Notes under the pieces: model-generated
Told to the model about the DNA's origin: nothing
Databases searched by the model: none
What the model saw: the letters and a program-made list of their open reading frames with translations, nothing else
In this document: piece by piece, positions 42,581-54,424 of the stretch
Layout of the letters: every line of letters starts with the position of its first letter
How positions within the stretch are numbered: the stretch's first letter is position 1
Position numbers and translations under genes: made by a program
Assembly (NCBI RefSeq): GCF_036321535.1
Contig: NC_087472.1
Coordinates: 92,258,001 to 92,322,000, forward strand
DNA from: Camelus dromedarius
Lineage: Eukaryota
Length of the DNA: 64,000 nucleotides
Reading direction: 5' to 3'

Positions 42581-44893
42581 ATGCAACAGGCTTTAGAACA
42601 AGCTTTGGAGAGGGCTGAGTATGTCATTGAAAGCGCCCAACAGAGACCCCCTAAAAGGAAACACTCATCTAGTGGGCAAACGTCTCTCTATGAAAAACTT
42701 TATGACATTTATGTTGAAGAATGTGAAAAAGAGCCTGACATTCCGGAGGAATTACGAAGCAACGTGAACTTGTTAGAGAAGCTTGTTCGGAGAGAGTCGT
42801 TGCCGTGTTTGGTGGTCAACCTGTACCCAGGAAAGGAGGGCTATTCCCTGATGCTCAAGGGAAAAAATGGATCATTTTCAGAGAGCATTCGGCTGCCTTA
42901 TGAGGAAGGGGAATTACTCGAATACTTAGACGCAGAAGAATTATCCCCTGTTCTGGTGGATCTCCTGGAAAAGTCCCAGGTTAACGTTTTTCATGATGGG
43001 TGTGTCATAGCTGAAATCCGGGACTACAGGCAGTCCAGTAACAGGGAACCTCCCGGTTACCAAAGCAGGCATATTCTCTTACGTCCTACGATGCAGACTT
43101 TAGCCTGTGATGTAGAGGCCATAGCCAGCGATAACCAGAAATGGACCCAAGAGGACAAACTTTTGCTTGAGAGCCAGCTGATCTTAGCCACAGCTGAACC
43201 ACTGTGTCTAGACCCTTCCATATCAGTAGCCTGCACTGCCAACAGAATGCTCTATAACAAGCAAAAGCTGAACACTCTCTCCATGAAAAGGAACTTCAAG
43301 AGGTTTTCTTTGGCCTCTCTGAATCAGGAGCAAGAGCTTTCCCAGTGTCCACCTCCTCGTGAGCTAGGAGTATTGGCTTCTTGCAAAAAAATAAGAGAAA
43401 CTAAAACAGGTGAACATCATGACCTCAAAATTTTTAAAGCAGGGAACTGTGCAGATATGTGGAAACAAATACCCTGTGACTTGGCTGTACCTTCTGAAGT
43501 GGATGTAGAGAAATACGCTAAAGGGAAGAATTCTGTCACATATGATGAATCACAACCAACAGTCTGGCCAACCCATGAGGTACAAGATGGTTCTGTATTT
43601 GGATGTGAAGATGGCGATCAGTCTCAAACAACAATGCTCCCTTTCATGCAGTCACTTAACGATCCACTTATCTCTGGAAAAAGAAGGTCATGTAAAAAAG
43701 TCAGACATACAAGACAACTGTCTCACCCCTATTCCTCCAGAGATGACCATTATAGTTTCATGCCCAGGCCAAAGACTGATGTCGGTAAAGTGGTCAGTTG
43801 GTCTGAGAAAATGGTCCAGAACAGCATCCAATGTCCAGTCCAGATGTCAACCAGCTCCAGTGGCTCAGCCAGTCTCAGGCAACCTTCTCCAGGGAAAGAA
43901 CCAGAACAGCCTAAGACTGGGTATGTTCAGTCTTCAGTGCTAGGCAAGGGAGCCAAACATCCACCTCCACCTACAAGACTTCCCTCAAGCTCAGCCAGGA
44001 GTTCCTCAGGTGGCAGTTTTACTTCACAGCAGGCAAGCAGCTCTCATGCACCTCCATCTCCTGCCCCTGCTCCTAAGACACCAAGTCTTTCCAACAAATC
44101 CTCTCTGGAGGTGAATCCAGCTAGCACGCTTCCTGCCACAGCCACGTCCACGTCCACTGCAGGTTCACCACAAAGGACACAGGTTTCGGCCAAATCCTCT
44201 GGCCTGAGTGTCACCAAAGTGGCACGCCCTACATGCAGAGGCCAGGCCTTGAGGAGAGGCTCCAAGCCTGTGCAGGACTCCACCAGGGGGGCCACAGCTC
44301 CTGTAAGAATCCAGTCCAGCCACCTGCCAAATGCACCACCCATGGCACCGCAGGCTCCTTCTCAAGGAGGTGTTCAATTTATTTTTAAAAATGCTTCCAG
44401 TGTCCAGTCCTTAGGTCTACTCCAACTACCACCAGGTTCACTCATTTTGAACACCCAGCAGCAGGCCCCACAGCAGCCATGGCTCTACCAGGTGATTCCA
44501 CAGCAACAACTTCAACAACCCACCACTTTGCATCCTCAACAGCCAGTGCCACAGGCCATTGTACAAGGTCCTGTCACTCAGAGTATGGCCTTACCCACTC
44601 AACAAGCCATGCTCCTTAACCTCAACAGAGTGGAGAGTTTTCTGCAGCCCCAGGCAGTTATGCTGCCTCAGCTGGGCTCTGTCCAGAGCCAACCTGGGCC
44701 CAGCCTCCCTCAGCAGAGATTCCAGCTCTTCTCTGCCTTGCAGCTGCAGCCACAGCCACAGCTGCAGCCACAACCAATACAGTTCGGAATCTTGCAGTAT
44801 CCAGTGGCTGTGACCACAGTAGCAGCCCAAATGGCTCAGCCACATCCACCAAGTGAGCATACAGAAAGCCAGTCAAAAGGTAAAATGTCCTGA
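42581..44893 (+). CDS. Intronless SUPT20H-like (SPT20 homolog, SAGA subunit) retrogene, 770 aa
   Basis: Uninterrupted ORF from ATG 42581 (cataATGc, A at -3) to TGA 44891-44893. The N-terminus [27 protein letters not shown] and core [74 protein letters not shown] match SUPT20H. The C-terminus is S/P- then Q-rich. The parent gene is multi-exonic. Orthology to SUPT20HL1/2 is not established. Confidence 0.93.
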   Translation: MQQALEQALERAEYVIESAQQRPPKRKHSSSGQTSLYEKLYDIYVEECEKEPDIPEELRSNVNLLEKLVRRESLPCLVVNLYPGKEGYSLMLKGKNGSFSESIRLPYEEGELLEYLDAEELSPVLVDLLEKSQVNVFHDGCVIAEIRDYRQSSNREPPGYQSRHILLRPTMQTLACDVEAIASDNQKWTQEDKLLLESQLILATAEPLCLDPSISVACTANRMLYNKQKLNTLSMKRNFKRFSLASLNQEQELSQCPPPRELGVLASCKKIRETKTGEHHDLKIFKAGNCADMWKQIPCDLAVPSEVDVEKYAKGKNSVTYDESQPTVWPTHEVQDGSVFGCEDGDQSQTTMLPFMQSLNDPLISGKRRSCKKVRHTRQLSHPYSSRDDHYSFMPRPKTDVGKVVSWSEKMVQNSIQCPVQMSTSSSGSASLRQPSPGKEPEQPKTGYVQSSVLGKGAKHPPPPTRLPSSSARSSSGGSFTSQQASSSHAPPSPAPAPKTPSLSNKSSLEVNPASTLPATATSTSTAGSPQRTQVSAKSSGLSVTKVARPTCRGQALRRGSKPVQDSTRGATAPVRIQSSHLPNAPPMAPQAPSQGGVQFIFKNASSVQSLGLLQLPPGSLILNTQQQAPQQPWLYQVIPQQQLQQPTTLHPQQPVPQAIVQGPVTQSMALPTQQAMLLNLNRVESFLQPQAVMLPQLGSVQSQPGPSLPQQRFQLFSALQLQPQPQLQPQPIQFGILQYPVAVTTVAAQMAQPHPPSEHTESQSKGKMS

Positions 44894-45094
44894 GGCTTGC
44901 ATTACTTTTTAATCTTAAAAAAAAAAACCCAACAATGCAAGAGCATTGGATTGAAGGGGTTCTGAGTTTTTACTTCATTTTTGTCTTTCATTTCTCAGTA
45001 TTTTACATTGTGAGGCATACCAAATATACAAAAGTACAACCCTATGCATTTTTAAAAAAACAGGGAAATGATTTATTGAAAAAAAAAAAAAAAA
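44894..45094 (+). other. Probable retroposed 3' UTR ending in an A16 tract
   Basis: About 185 nt after the stop codon, then A16 (45079-45094), then MIR-like sequence. The A tract may be the retrocopy poly(A) remnant. No convincing TSD was found. Confidence 0.5.
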
Positions 45095-45270
45095 GAATGG
45101 ACTATGGATCTAGCCACCATGAGGTCAAAACCCCCACTTGGCAACTGAGTAACCTTAAGTCTATTTCCTAACTTCTCTGAATCTCCATTTCTTTGTTTAT
45201 AAAATGTAAACACTTATATCTACTTCTTAAGTTTACTGTCAAGGTTAATGTAAGTAAAATGTATTGAATA
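45095..45270 (+). mobile_element. MIR fragment abutting the retrogene 3' end
   Basis: ctgagtaaccttaag..tttcctaacttctctgaatctccatttctttgtttataaaatg, the MIR core. Confidence 0.6.
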
Positions 45271-45437
45271 CTGAAATTCAAATTAATTTTAAATTAATTT
45301 TAGTTAATAAAATATTAAATATTTGAAAGAAATAAGCATAAGTACTTAAGCTGAAAATAACCTATAGTAATAATATTACTGCAAATGATAGTTCTGTTAC
45401 ATTACATAGAAGTCAAACTTAGAATCAATTGCAGATA

Positions 45438-45720
45438 ATAGGTTTTCAAAGTATATGTAATTAAATACATATTATTATTATATATTCCTTAGGTTTGCAA
45501 ATTATACATCTATATATTATTATTATAATATTTATATTCCTTAGATTACTTATATTTACATATTCTGTACTCTTTATATTTCTATATTCCTTAGGTTTTT
45601 AAATTATACATATATATGTGTGTTCCTTAGGTTCCCTCTATTTACATATCCCTTAGGTTTTCAAATCCCACAGATATAATTAAATATATATTATTATATA
45701 TTCCTTAGGTTTTCAAATTG
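45438..45720. repeat. Degenerate AT-rich minisatellite with recurring tattccttagg(tttt)caaa motif
   Basis: About six ccttag-containing units with variable TA-rich spacers. Confidence 0.75.
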
Positions 45721-48239
45721 TAGAAATAGATATAGATAGACATAGATAGACAAATTTTAATCCTCTCTTAGTAAACAGTAGCCCTTTTACTCTTAGTAGA
45801 TGCACCACATGGTGAATTCTTTCTCTTTCTGATAAAACTGGATACGTTAGGCACTTGTAATTTGTTCTTCAGTAATTGAGGGATGATTTGGATATATGAC
45901 TCAATATCATTTGCCAGATAATATTCTTCAAATGCATTATTCATGTGGTGCTTATTATTTTGCAAACACTTCATAACATACAAATGCCCCTGCTGTCTAC
46001 CATTCATCTTGCTCCTTTATTCTGTCTCAATTATTTTGTCCCCATCAGACAAGATAACAATCACGAGAGAGAAAAGGTAAAAGTTTCTTGACTTAAAATG
46101 GACAAGTGAATGAAAAATGGTAAGTTTAGATGAACTGATGAAACAAATGACAACAGGCAATTATAGGAAAAGGAATGAATAACTGTGATACTAAGGTATC
46201 TTTAAGTATACTTGCTAATTACAAATGATTTCTGTGGCTCCTAAACAATGTATTTTAGAGTAATAATGTAAAGTAAGAAATTAAATAGCTAGTTCAAATG
46301 CCCTCCTCCCCCAAATACTTGAGTAAATTCATACATGTGGATAATACTTTCAAAATATTTTATATGTAAAAAAAAAATTATATCAGTCAAAAAAGTCATC
46401 TTCCCAGTTTTCTGGAATTGAAGGTTGCTTGAAAAGAATGAGATACTGAAAAATATCAGAAAAATATATTTGTTAAACAGTTATTTTCATTGAAAGATTT
46501 TATTTTATTGCACTGATATTTGCTCCTTGAGGCATCCCCTTGGATGACTGGTAAACATCTTTCACTTAACATGCCCAAATATGATGGCATTCATCTTTTC
46601 CCCAAGCCTATCAGAACCTTTACTATTTGATATTAGAATAATTCACAAAGTAACTGAATTAATTACCAAGTAATTTTAAATAATTTAAAAAATAGAAAAT
46701 CTCTTTACATATCCTTATCATCCCTGACTACTTCTGTTCTAACTTGTGAACTTTGAGGGATTCTTAGAGAAATTCTCAGGCTTCTTAACAGCTGAACCAC
46801 CACCCAACTTAAGGAAATAATATGGAAAATCTGTAGATAGAATGGGTCCAGAAACTAGCAAATGGATTCATCATAAAATATTTTCATCTGTGACATTTCT
46901 GACCATGTCACACTCCTTTGCTTAATATCCTTCCCTGCATCTGCATACTCTGTGAAATCAAATTCAAACTATTTCGCTTGACTATATGGGGTTGTTTTTA
47001 ACCAGGATTTGGTCTGTCTCTCTTCCCCATTTCCTACCACTTCCCCATTCACATCTGTGGCTTTGGCAGTACTTAATTATTGGTGCTCCCGATGTGCCAT
47101 ATTCGTCTTCACTTCCCTGTGTTGGTGGAGACCCTCAAGCAAGAACTCCTTGCCATTCTCTGCATATAGCTTAGTACTCAGCCTAAGAACTACCCCTCTG
47201 TATACAGTCTATTTGCATATCATCCTTCATTACAGCACATTTCAAACTATTTCACAGAGTTATTTGTGAATCAAATATGGTAGTAAAAATTAAAAAAAAA
47301 TAAGAATTAAAAACATAAATTAATATAAATGTCCTTTAAAATTTTTTTTTATGTTTTCATAGATTGTATAACTTTGCATGTATTTATATAGCGTTAGTAC
47401 TTTTATCTGAATGGTTAAAATTTTACTATATATAATTACAAATATACGTAATTTATATTTTCTGCATTGAATGTCATAGTTGTCTTTTTAAAACATCAAA
47501 AATACAAAATGGAAACTATTATTGTAAAAAATAATATATATAAAATAATAGTATCTTATAAGTATTTAAGTGTAATTTAACTTTAAGCAGAGGTTAAGAT
47601 AATTTTAAGAAGTAAGAAAATTAAATACAGCTTTTTTGTTTGTTTTCTTGGCTTTGAACCAAGGAAATAGTCTTCAATTCATTATTCAGTCATAGGTTAT
47701 TTTGATTAACATAAAAGTTCTCTTTTACAAAATTCCAAGGCCAAAGGAACAGGAAGACAACAAATCAATAAGATACTCTTTTTTATTTCCAATCACCTCA
47801 TTTCTTTTGCATTTGTATTTCTTAGAAGTTTTGAATGTGGGGCATATCCCAATGTATGCAAATAAGACAGCATTCTCCTGTCTCTTGTTTCCTTGTTATT
47901 GTGCCATGTGGTAAAAACAGTCTGATGGAGTCTTATTAGATTGGAAAGCTATGTTTGGGATGACAGGGGTTAAAAACAGAGGTGGTGGGAAAATGGGGAG
48001 TTGTTCAGTGAGTAGAGTTTCAATTTCACAAGATGAAAAAGTTATAGAAATTTGCTGTACAACAATGTGACTCTACCTAACAGCAATGAACTGTATACTT
48101 AAAAATGGTTAAGGTGGTAACTTTTATGTTGTGTGTTTTTTACCACAATTAAAATTTTAAAACAACAATATAACAGTTGTGGCATACAAAATACTTCATT
48201 TTCAGGGGCCCTAGGGGAACCTCAGACACCTAAGCGCTC

Positions 48240-48450
48240 ATAGCATGGTGGTAAGAGCACAACCCTCTGGAGCCAGATGGTCTTAATCCCAATACCTGGC
48301 TCTGCCACTTACTGTGAAACCATGGGTAAGTCACTTGACCTCTCTGTGCCTCAAGTTTTCCATCTGTAAAATGGAGATATTTTATAGGACCTTTTTCACA
48401 CAGTTGTTACAAGGACTAAAGAAAATAATATTTGTAAGCTGCTTAGACAT
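48240..48450 (+). mobile_element. MIR SINE
   Basis: ggtaagagcac..ctctggagccaga..cctggctctgccacttactgtg..gggtaagtcacttgacctctctgtgcctca.gtttt.catctgtaaaatggag. Confidence 0.85.
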
Positions 48451-48935
48451 TCCATAAAGGAAATTATCCAGAATCACTGAAATGGAGCAGTTATTCTCAC
48501 TAAATTTAGAGGATATGTTTTTATCTAACAATACAGACTATCTGGCATATGTACAATCACTCTGGTGAGCAACAACTTGGAAGTGGTCCTAATTTTCCAG
48601 TGCAAATGAGTGAGATCTGCATTATCATTGACTTATCAAATGATAATGGCATCAGTTTTCTGATGCTCTGGACACAACCAACAAATGGTAATTCTAATAT
48701 AAGCCCCAAATCAAACATCCCAACAGAAGATCCTCTGAATTGCAAATTAAGTTGCCTCACACATGCCCAACTGCACATAGCCTGTTTCAATATAGGTGAC
48801 TGAGGACTTCATGTATTTAATGACTGATGATTCCCCTAAGCTAAGAGGGAGAACGCCAGTGAGCATACAGTGTTTCAGAGTGGAAGGGAGCCTATGGGTA
48901 CAGTTGTAGACACTAATCAAAACCAGCAATGCCCT

Positions 48936-49067
48936 GGGGGTAGGGTATAGCTCAGTGGTAGAGCACGTGCCTACCATGCAGGAGGTCCTGGGTTCAATCC
49001 CCAGTACCGTCAATAAATAAACAAACAAACAAACTTCATTACCTTCCCTCCCACATACCCACAAAAA
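48936..49067 (+). mobile_element. tRNA-derived SINE (Vic-1-like) with TSD
   Basis: A box tagctcagtggtagag and B box ggttcaatccc. Flanked by ccagcaatgccc at 48923-48934 and 49069-49080. Confidence 0.9.
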
Positions 49068-49881
49068 CCCAGCAATGCCCAGCCACTCACCTAAAATGCT
49101 TAACAGTGACTATGAAGGGGTTGCCATACTTTGCATTCATTCATTCACAAATATTTACTAAGCACCTATTACAGGACAGATGTCAAAGCCCTAAAGACAC
49201 AGCAGTAAATGAGACAATGTCCTTCAAAAACTTATAGTCTAGTACATTAAGAACAAATAAATACTAACTAAGTGGAGACAACTCTAGCTTGGCTTTCAAA
49301 TCAAATCGTACTGATAAAGCACAATTAATGCATTAACCTTTTAATTTTTTAAATTACATTTCAAGACTCTACGGCATCCAGTGATAATTTTAAGAAACAT
49401 TGCAATTTAGGATTTAAAATGGAAATAGCAAAAGACTTTCAGATGCAGTGTTGACATAATATCACTTTTTTATCACTTGCCCTCATTTTAGCTTAATAAG
49501 CTCTCCTGGCTCTCATCTTTTAATGTTTAATCCAAAGCAATTAAACTGATATGCAAATGCCATCTTCATTGCTTTAAAAGTGACACTTAACGCAATTTCA
49601 TTATAATAGGCAACTGGAATGCTTGTATAATGATCAGCTCATTTTTATTTTTAAAATATATGCTTTCCTTGCAATGCATGCTTGTAAATAAAATGTCCAT
49701 ATACACAAATTTTACTTGATGAATGCCATGTGGCTAATATTTATCTTGTATACTGAACAGGAAATACATATCATGTGTATTTGTACTTAAAATCTTGTTA
49801 CTTTTTTGCTCAGTCTCTAAAGAAATGAGTATTTTAGCTAATGAATTATATTGTACAAGATCAGCAGAAAATGAACAAAGA

Positions 49882-49883
<2 letters not shown>

Positions 49884-49916
<33 letters not shown>
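49884..49916. repeat. (TG)n microsatellite
   Basis: Direct inspection. Confidence 0.95.
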
Positions 49917-49919
<3 letters not shown>

Positions 49920-50867
49920 AAGGTAGTCAATCTTTTAGAATTCAGTTCTAACTAGGGAATCAGAAGGTTATAGTGGAAATTTCAAATACACTTTATGAAA
50001 ATAGATTCAGGTAGTTAAACTTTTGCAGTAGGTTGGTTGTATTAATGGACCCAGTTCTTCACTCCTGTCTGTACCCAGACCGTTTGCTATGTCACCTCCA
50101 CTCTGCATTTGAGTCCATCATGTGGCTTGCTTGGGCCAATCGGATGACAGAAGTCAGGAAGTAGGGACTTAAATCAGTAGTTACACATCTCTTCTTTTTT
50201 TGTTGCGCTTCTGCTGTTGACATGAGAACATACCTGAGCTAGCCTCTGGAGGATGAAAATGTCACTGAGCTAGATTCTAGCTTCCCCAGTTATTCCATTG
50301 GAGGCCATCCTAAATCAGTCAGCAAGGAGTTGACTTCCAGAGAAGAGGTTAGCTGTTGCTGGCTAGGTTTAGGAGATAGTATACTTTCTCATCTCTGAGA
50401 GTCATAGTTTTATCATCATCAGCTGAAAAAAATGCATTATGTAGGATGGTGCATATCACTGTCTTAAGATTTAATGAATTTTCCATTAAGCATTATTGAC
50501 ATATATTCAATAACACCCTTAAAAACTCAGAGGCTTTAGAAAGATACTCTATTAAGAAAAAAGAAGTATCAGAATTTGAACATTTATTAAAAGAAAACAC
50601 TTTTCAATTATAAAAGCCTTGGTCTAGTAGCTGAAAAAATATTTGATGGGCATATTAATAATATATGCATATTAATCCCACACATTCACTCAATAAATAT
50701 TTATTGAGAAACTACTATGTGTTACTCTTTGTCTAAAGTTCTGAAATATAAAATAGGATTAGCTTTTTAAGTGTTTTGATTGGCAAACTCAAATTAAAAA
50801 ATCCTTTTATGTTCATTAATAGAAGAGCAAGTTGAATCAGAGTAGCAGTTGAGTTGAGACGTCTTTT

Positions 50868-51205
50868 AAAAAAATGAACATAAATACAAAACAAAAACAG
50901 ACTCACAGACATAGAATACAAACTTGTGGTTGCCAAGGGGGTAGGGGGTGGGAACGGACAGACTGGGATTTCAAAATTTGTAGATACTGACAGGCATATG
51001 TAGAATAGATAAACAAGATTATACTGTATAGCACAGGGAATATATACAAGATCTTGTGGTAGCTCACAGAGAAAAAAAAGTGACAATGAATATATGTATT
51101 TTCTTGAATAACTGAAAAATTGTGCTCTACACTGGAATTTGACCCAACATTGTAAAAGGACTATAACTCAATAAAAAATGTTAAAAAATAAAAGGCAACC
51201 AAAAA
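50868..51205 (+). mobile_element. Young camelid-type L1, 3' UTR only
   Basis: Matches the 3' UTR of the other copies (acagactca.agacatagaatacaaacttgtggttgcc ... gactataactcaataaaaaatgtt), followed by an A tail. Confidence 0.92.
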
Positions 51206-54089
51206 AAAAAATCCTTAATTCAACCAAACACTGTAAACAAAAACAACATAAAAATCAGCATTAAAATTTTTGTTTTGACAGAAATAAGTTAAAAATATTC
51301 AATCTGTATTTATGTACTAAAAGGAAACAACATATAAAAGAGTGAACTATGTGAGCTATAATTAATCTGAGCTTTATTTTAATTCTGACTCCTATAATTA
51401 TTTCCTGACTAATCTACTCCATCTGTAACCCAAAACTTATATAGCTAAAAAACATTTAAGTGAATCTAAATTCATGAAGTTTTAATATGATCCCAAGACC
51501 CACACTTGGCCACTTTACCAAACCCTGAATCCTGGAAATGCTTAGGGTGCTTAAGGGTTTAGAGTATGAGGTTAAGGTAAGGTAGATAGTGTTTAAGTCC
51601 AATCTCCACCATTTATTAGTTGCCTGACCTCAGATCAGCTATTTAAACTCTGACTTAATACTATAAAAATTTTATAATTCCAGAGTTGCACTACACTGAG
51701 TATGCCTTTTAATACTGGAATTATAAATAGCTAACAGATATGTTTTTTTTCCCTCTGATCCTATGGCTCCATGACGTGCTTTGTTACCTAAACTAAGAAT
51801 CTAAAATGAAAAGACAATTCCAACCAATCAGCACAACAGTGTACCTCACACACTCCTTTTGACTTTGATCATCACATCTAAATTTACAAAAGAGATTTTT
51901 CTGATACCCAAGAAGAACGAAATAATTAAATTGGGGTTATAACTTTATGCCACAATTATTTCCTGGCTGTAATCACTGGAGCACAGGAAAAAGAAAAATA
52001 TCTTTAAAAAACATACCTGACAAAGTTAAAAGTTGCTGGGACACAGATTGCCATTTATGATTATAATGTCTACTTTTTACGTTCTTCCTAGAATTCTTCA
52101 CATGCTGTATGCATTCCTTGGGTTCTTCTCATAGCATTAGATATAAGATACAAATTACTAAATATAGTTATTATTGGTTAGTAATGGTTTTCTAAATCCC
52201 AAGCTCTGCACAATCATTAAAGTTATAATTATCATCATCACTTATCTTTCAAAGAAGTGTGGCAATGTAGAAAAATTAATACGTTGTAAATTAGAAGCAC
52301 TGAGATTGAGCACCATTTATATCAGTGTACTTGTTGTTCTGGCAAGTGTCACACCTCTGAGCCTCTAAGTCCTCATATGCAAAAAGGGAATAACAATATC
52401 TGACCTAACTCACAGGCTTGATACGAGGATCTCAGTTAAAATGCACATGAAAGTAAATGTAACGGGGAGACATGCATAAACAATAAAGTTACATGTTACT
52501 AATTTTCTATGAGTCTCAGTTTCACTTATAAAATAGCAAAAATAATTTCTGCCTCATAGGATTTTGTGAGGACTCAATGGGAAAACATACACAAAACACC
52601 ATAATGCCAGAGATGAAGGAGCTCAATAAATGATTAATGATGGCTGAGCAACTTTAAGCTTTAAAACTTAGAAATTCAGAGATAAAGAATTATTTACATA
52701 TATTTTTCACATATTATAATTCATGATATAATCACATATTATACCCTCTTTCATTTTTAGTACATTAAACTGTTCCAAGTGAGGAACAACAGCAGGAGAC
52801 AAAATCTGATATACAAAAAACATGAGATCCATACTTTCTCTGATTCTATTACCTCCAGATGAAAGAAAAATCATAACATATCAGATGTCTTACATTATTA
52901 ACTTTCCATTTCTCTGTTGTTCCTAGGTATTGATTTGATGAGTAAATGTACCAAGAATATTCTTTAGAGGTCAAAAGATCCTCTGTTATAGAGAGTATCT
53001 GATAAGTAGTTCTAAGAAAAGAGAAGACTACAGAACAGCCCTGATTTATGTGGTCAATAGACAAATATTCATTAATTGGTTTTTTAAAAATCTGAATACA
53101 GGATAGAATTTTCCAAGATTAACACAGGCTCCTATGCTTCTAGTTCCTTCATCATTCCTTCCTGTCTCACTGCTTTTAATCACCTTATATCCCATAACTT
53201 CTTCCTGGCTTTATTTAATTCCCTGACAATCTAAATGGCCTGGTCAATCATCTCAATAATGCTCTCTTTCTACTCATGAATTTCTCATTACATCTTTTTA
53301 TTTCAACTAATTTTCCAAGTCTTGAATATTTCTCCAGTCATGCATCCATTCTGAAATCACACAACCAAATCACCTGTTTTTTTAATTTTTTTTTGGAAAA
53401 TTCCTATCATTAATGAGAGTTAACTATTTCAAGGTGCTTATGGTTGATATAGATTGTATTGTCTAAAGGAGAAAATTAAGTTAAAATGGAGATTAGAAAG
53501 CCAGTAGCAGTCAGAGAATGAGAATTATGTCCAAGAAATCTGAAATGGTAAATAGAAAATCTGGTTGAGAAAACTCCTATATAAGAAACAGTGGGGAAGT
53601 TCTATTTTTAGTAATATGGCAAAGTAGGTTATTTGGACCAATCCTTCCACTGAAAAATTTTGGATTTTGTTCTCAAAATGAAACAGTTCATAAGATTTCT
53701 AGACCAAAATCTAAGTAAAAATAGAGCTCAGAGAATTAAGAGGCCCACTGAAGACATTTTCTTGAGGGTAGTTACTAGACCTAGTAATCTCAGTCACCAT
53801 AGTCTTGGTCTAATGGTGGCAGAGGTCTGGAAGGGTAGGAATAAGGGATTTGGTCAAATCCCAAATTGGAAACAACCTCCATTTAGTAAAGCTCAGGGCT
53901 ACATTATTAAGAAAATGATGAAACATAACTAAACTTGACCCTCTCCAACCTCATACACATCCTTAAAGTAGATTCATAGCACAAATTCATGTACTTTTAT
54001 ATATATTTCCAAAAAATCTCAAGCTATGATTTTCACTTAATTTTTTTTTGCTTTTCTCTTATACCTTTTTTTCTTATTTTTTAAAAAAT

Positions 54090-54424
54090 TGTTTTATTTT
54101 TATACAGTTTAAAGGTCATTTTCCATTTACAGTTATTACAAAATATTGACTATATTCCCCGTGTTTTACAATACATCCTTGAGCCTGTGTTATAACCAAT
54201 GGTTTGTACCTCCCACTCTCCCTCCCCTCCCCCTGACACTGGTAACCACTAATTTGTTCCCTGTATCTATGAGTCTGCTTTTTTGTTACATTCATTAGTT
54301 CGTTGTATTTTTTAGATTCCACCTATAAGTGATGCAATACAGTATTTGTCTTTCTCTGACTGACTTAATATCACTTAGCATAATGCCCTCCAAGTCTATC
54401 CATGTTGCTGCAAATGGCAAAATT
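54090..54424 (-). mobile_element. Older artiodactyl-type L1 3' end
   Basis: ttttccatttacagttattacaaaatattgactatattcccc..ttagattccacctataagtgat..cacttagcataatgccctccaagtctatccatgttgctgcaaatggcaaaattt. Confidence 0.85.

Noticed and set aside
43057..44876. Several overlapping alternative-frame and antisense ORFs within the retrogene
   Set aside because: Shadow ORFs of a GC-richer coding sequence, with no recognisable homology.
42040..45105. Target-site duplication flanking the retrogene
   Set aside because: Only a weak resemblance (aaaactgcatgga vs aaaagaatgga). The A16 could also be an expansion within the adjacent MIR head.
48936..49010. tRNA-like sequences (also at about 845 and 57700)
   Set aside because: They have SINE tails, A-rich ends and (for two of them) TSDs, so they are tRNA-derived SINEs and not tRNA genes.
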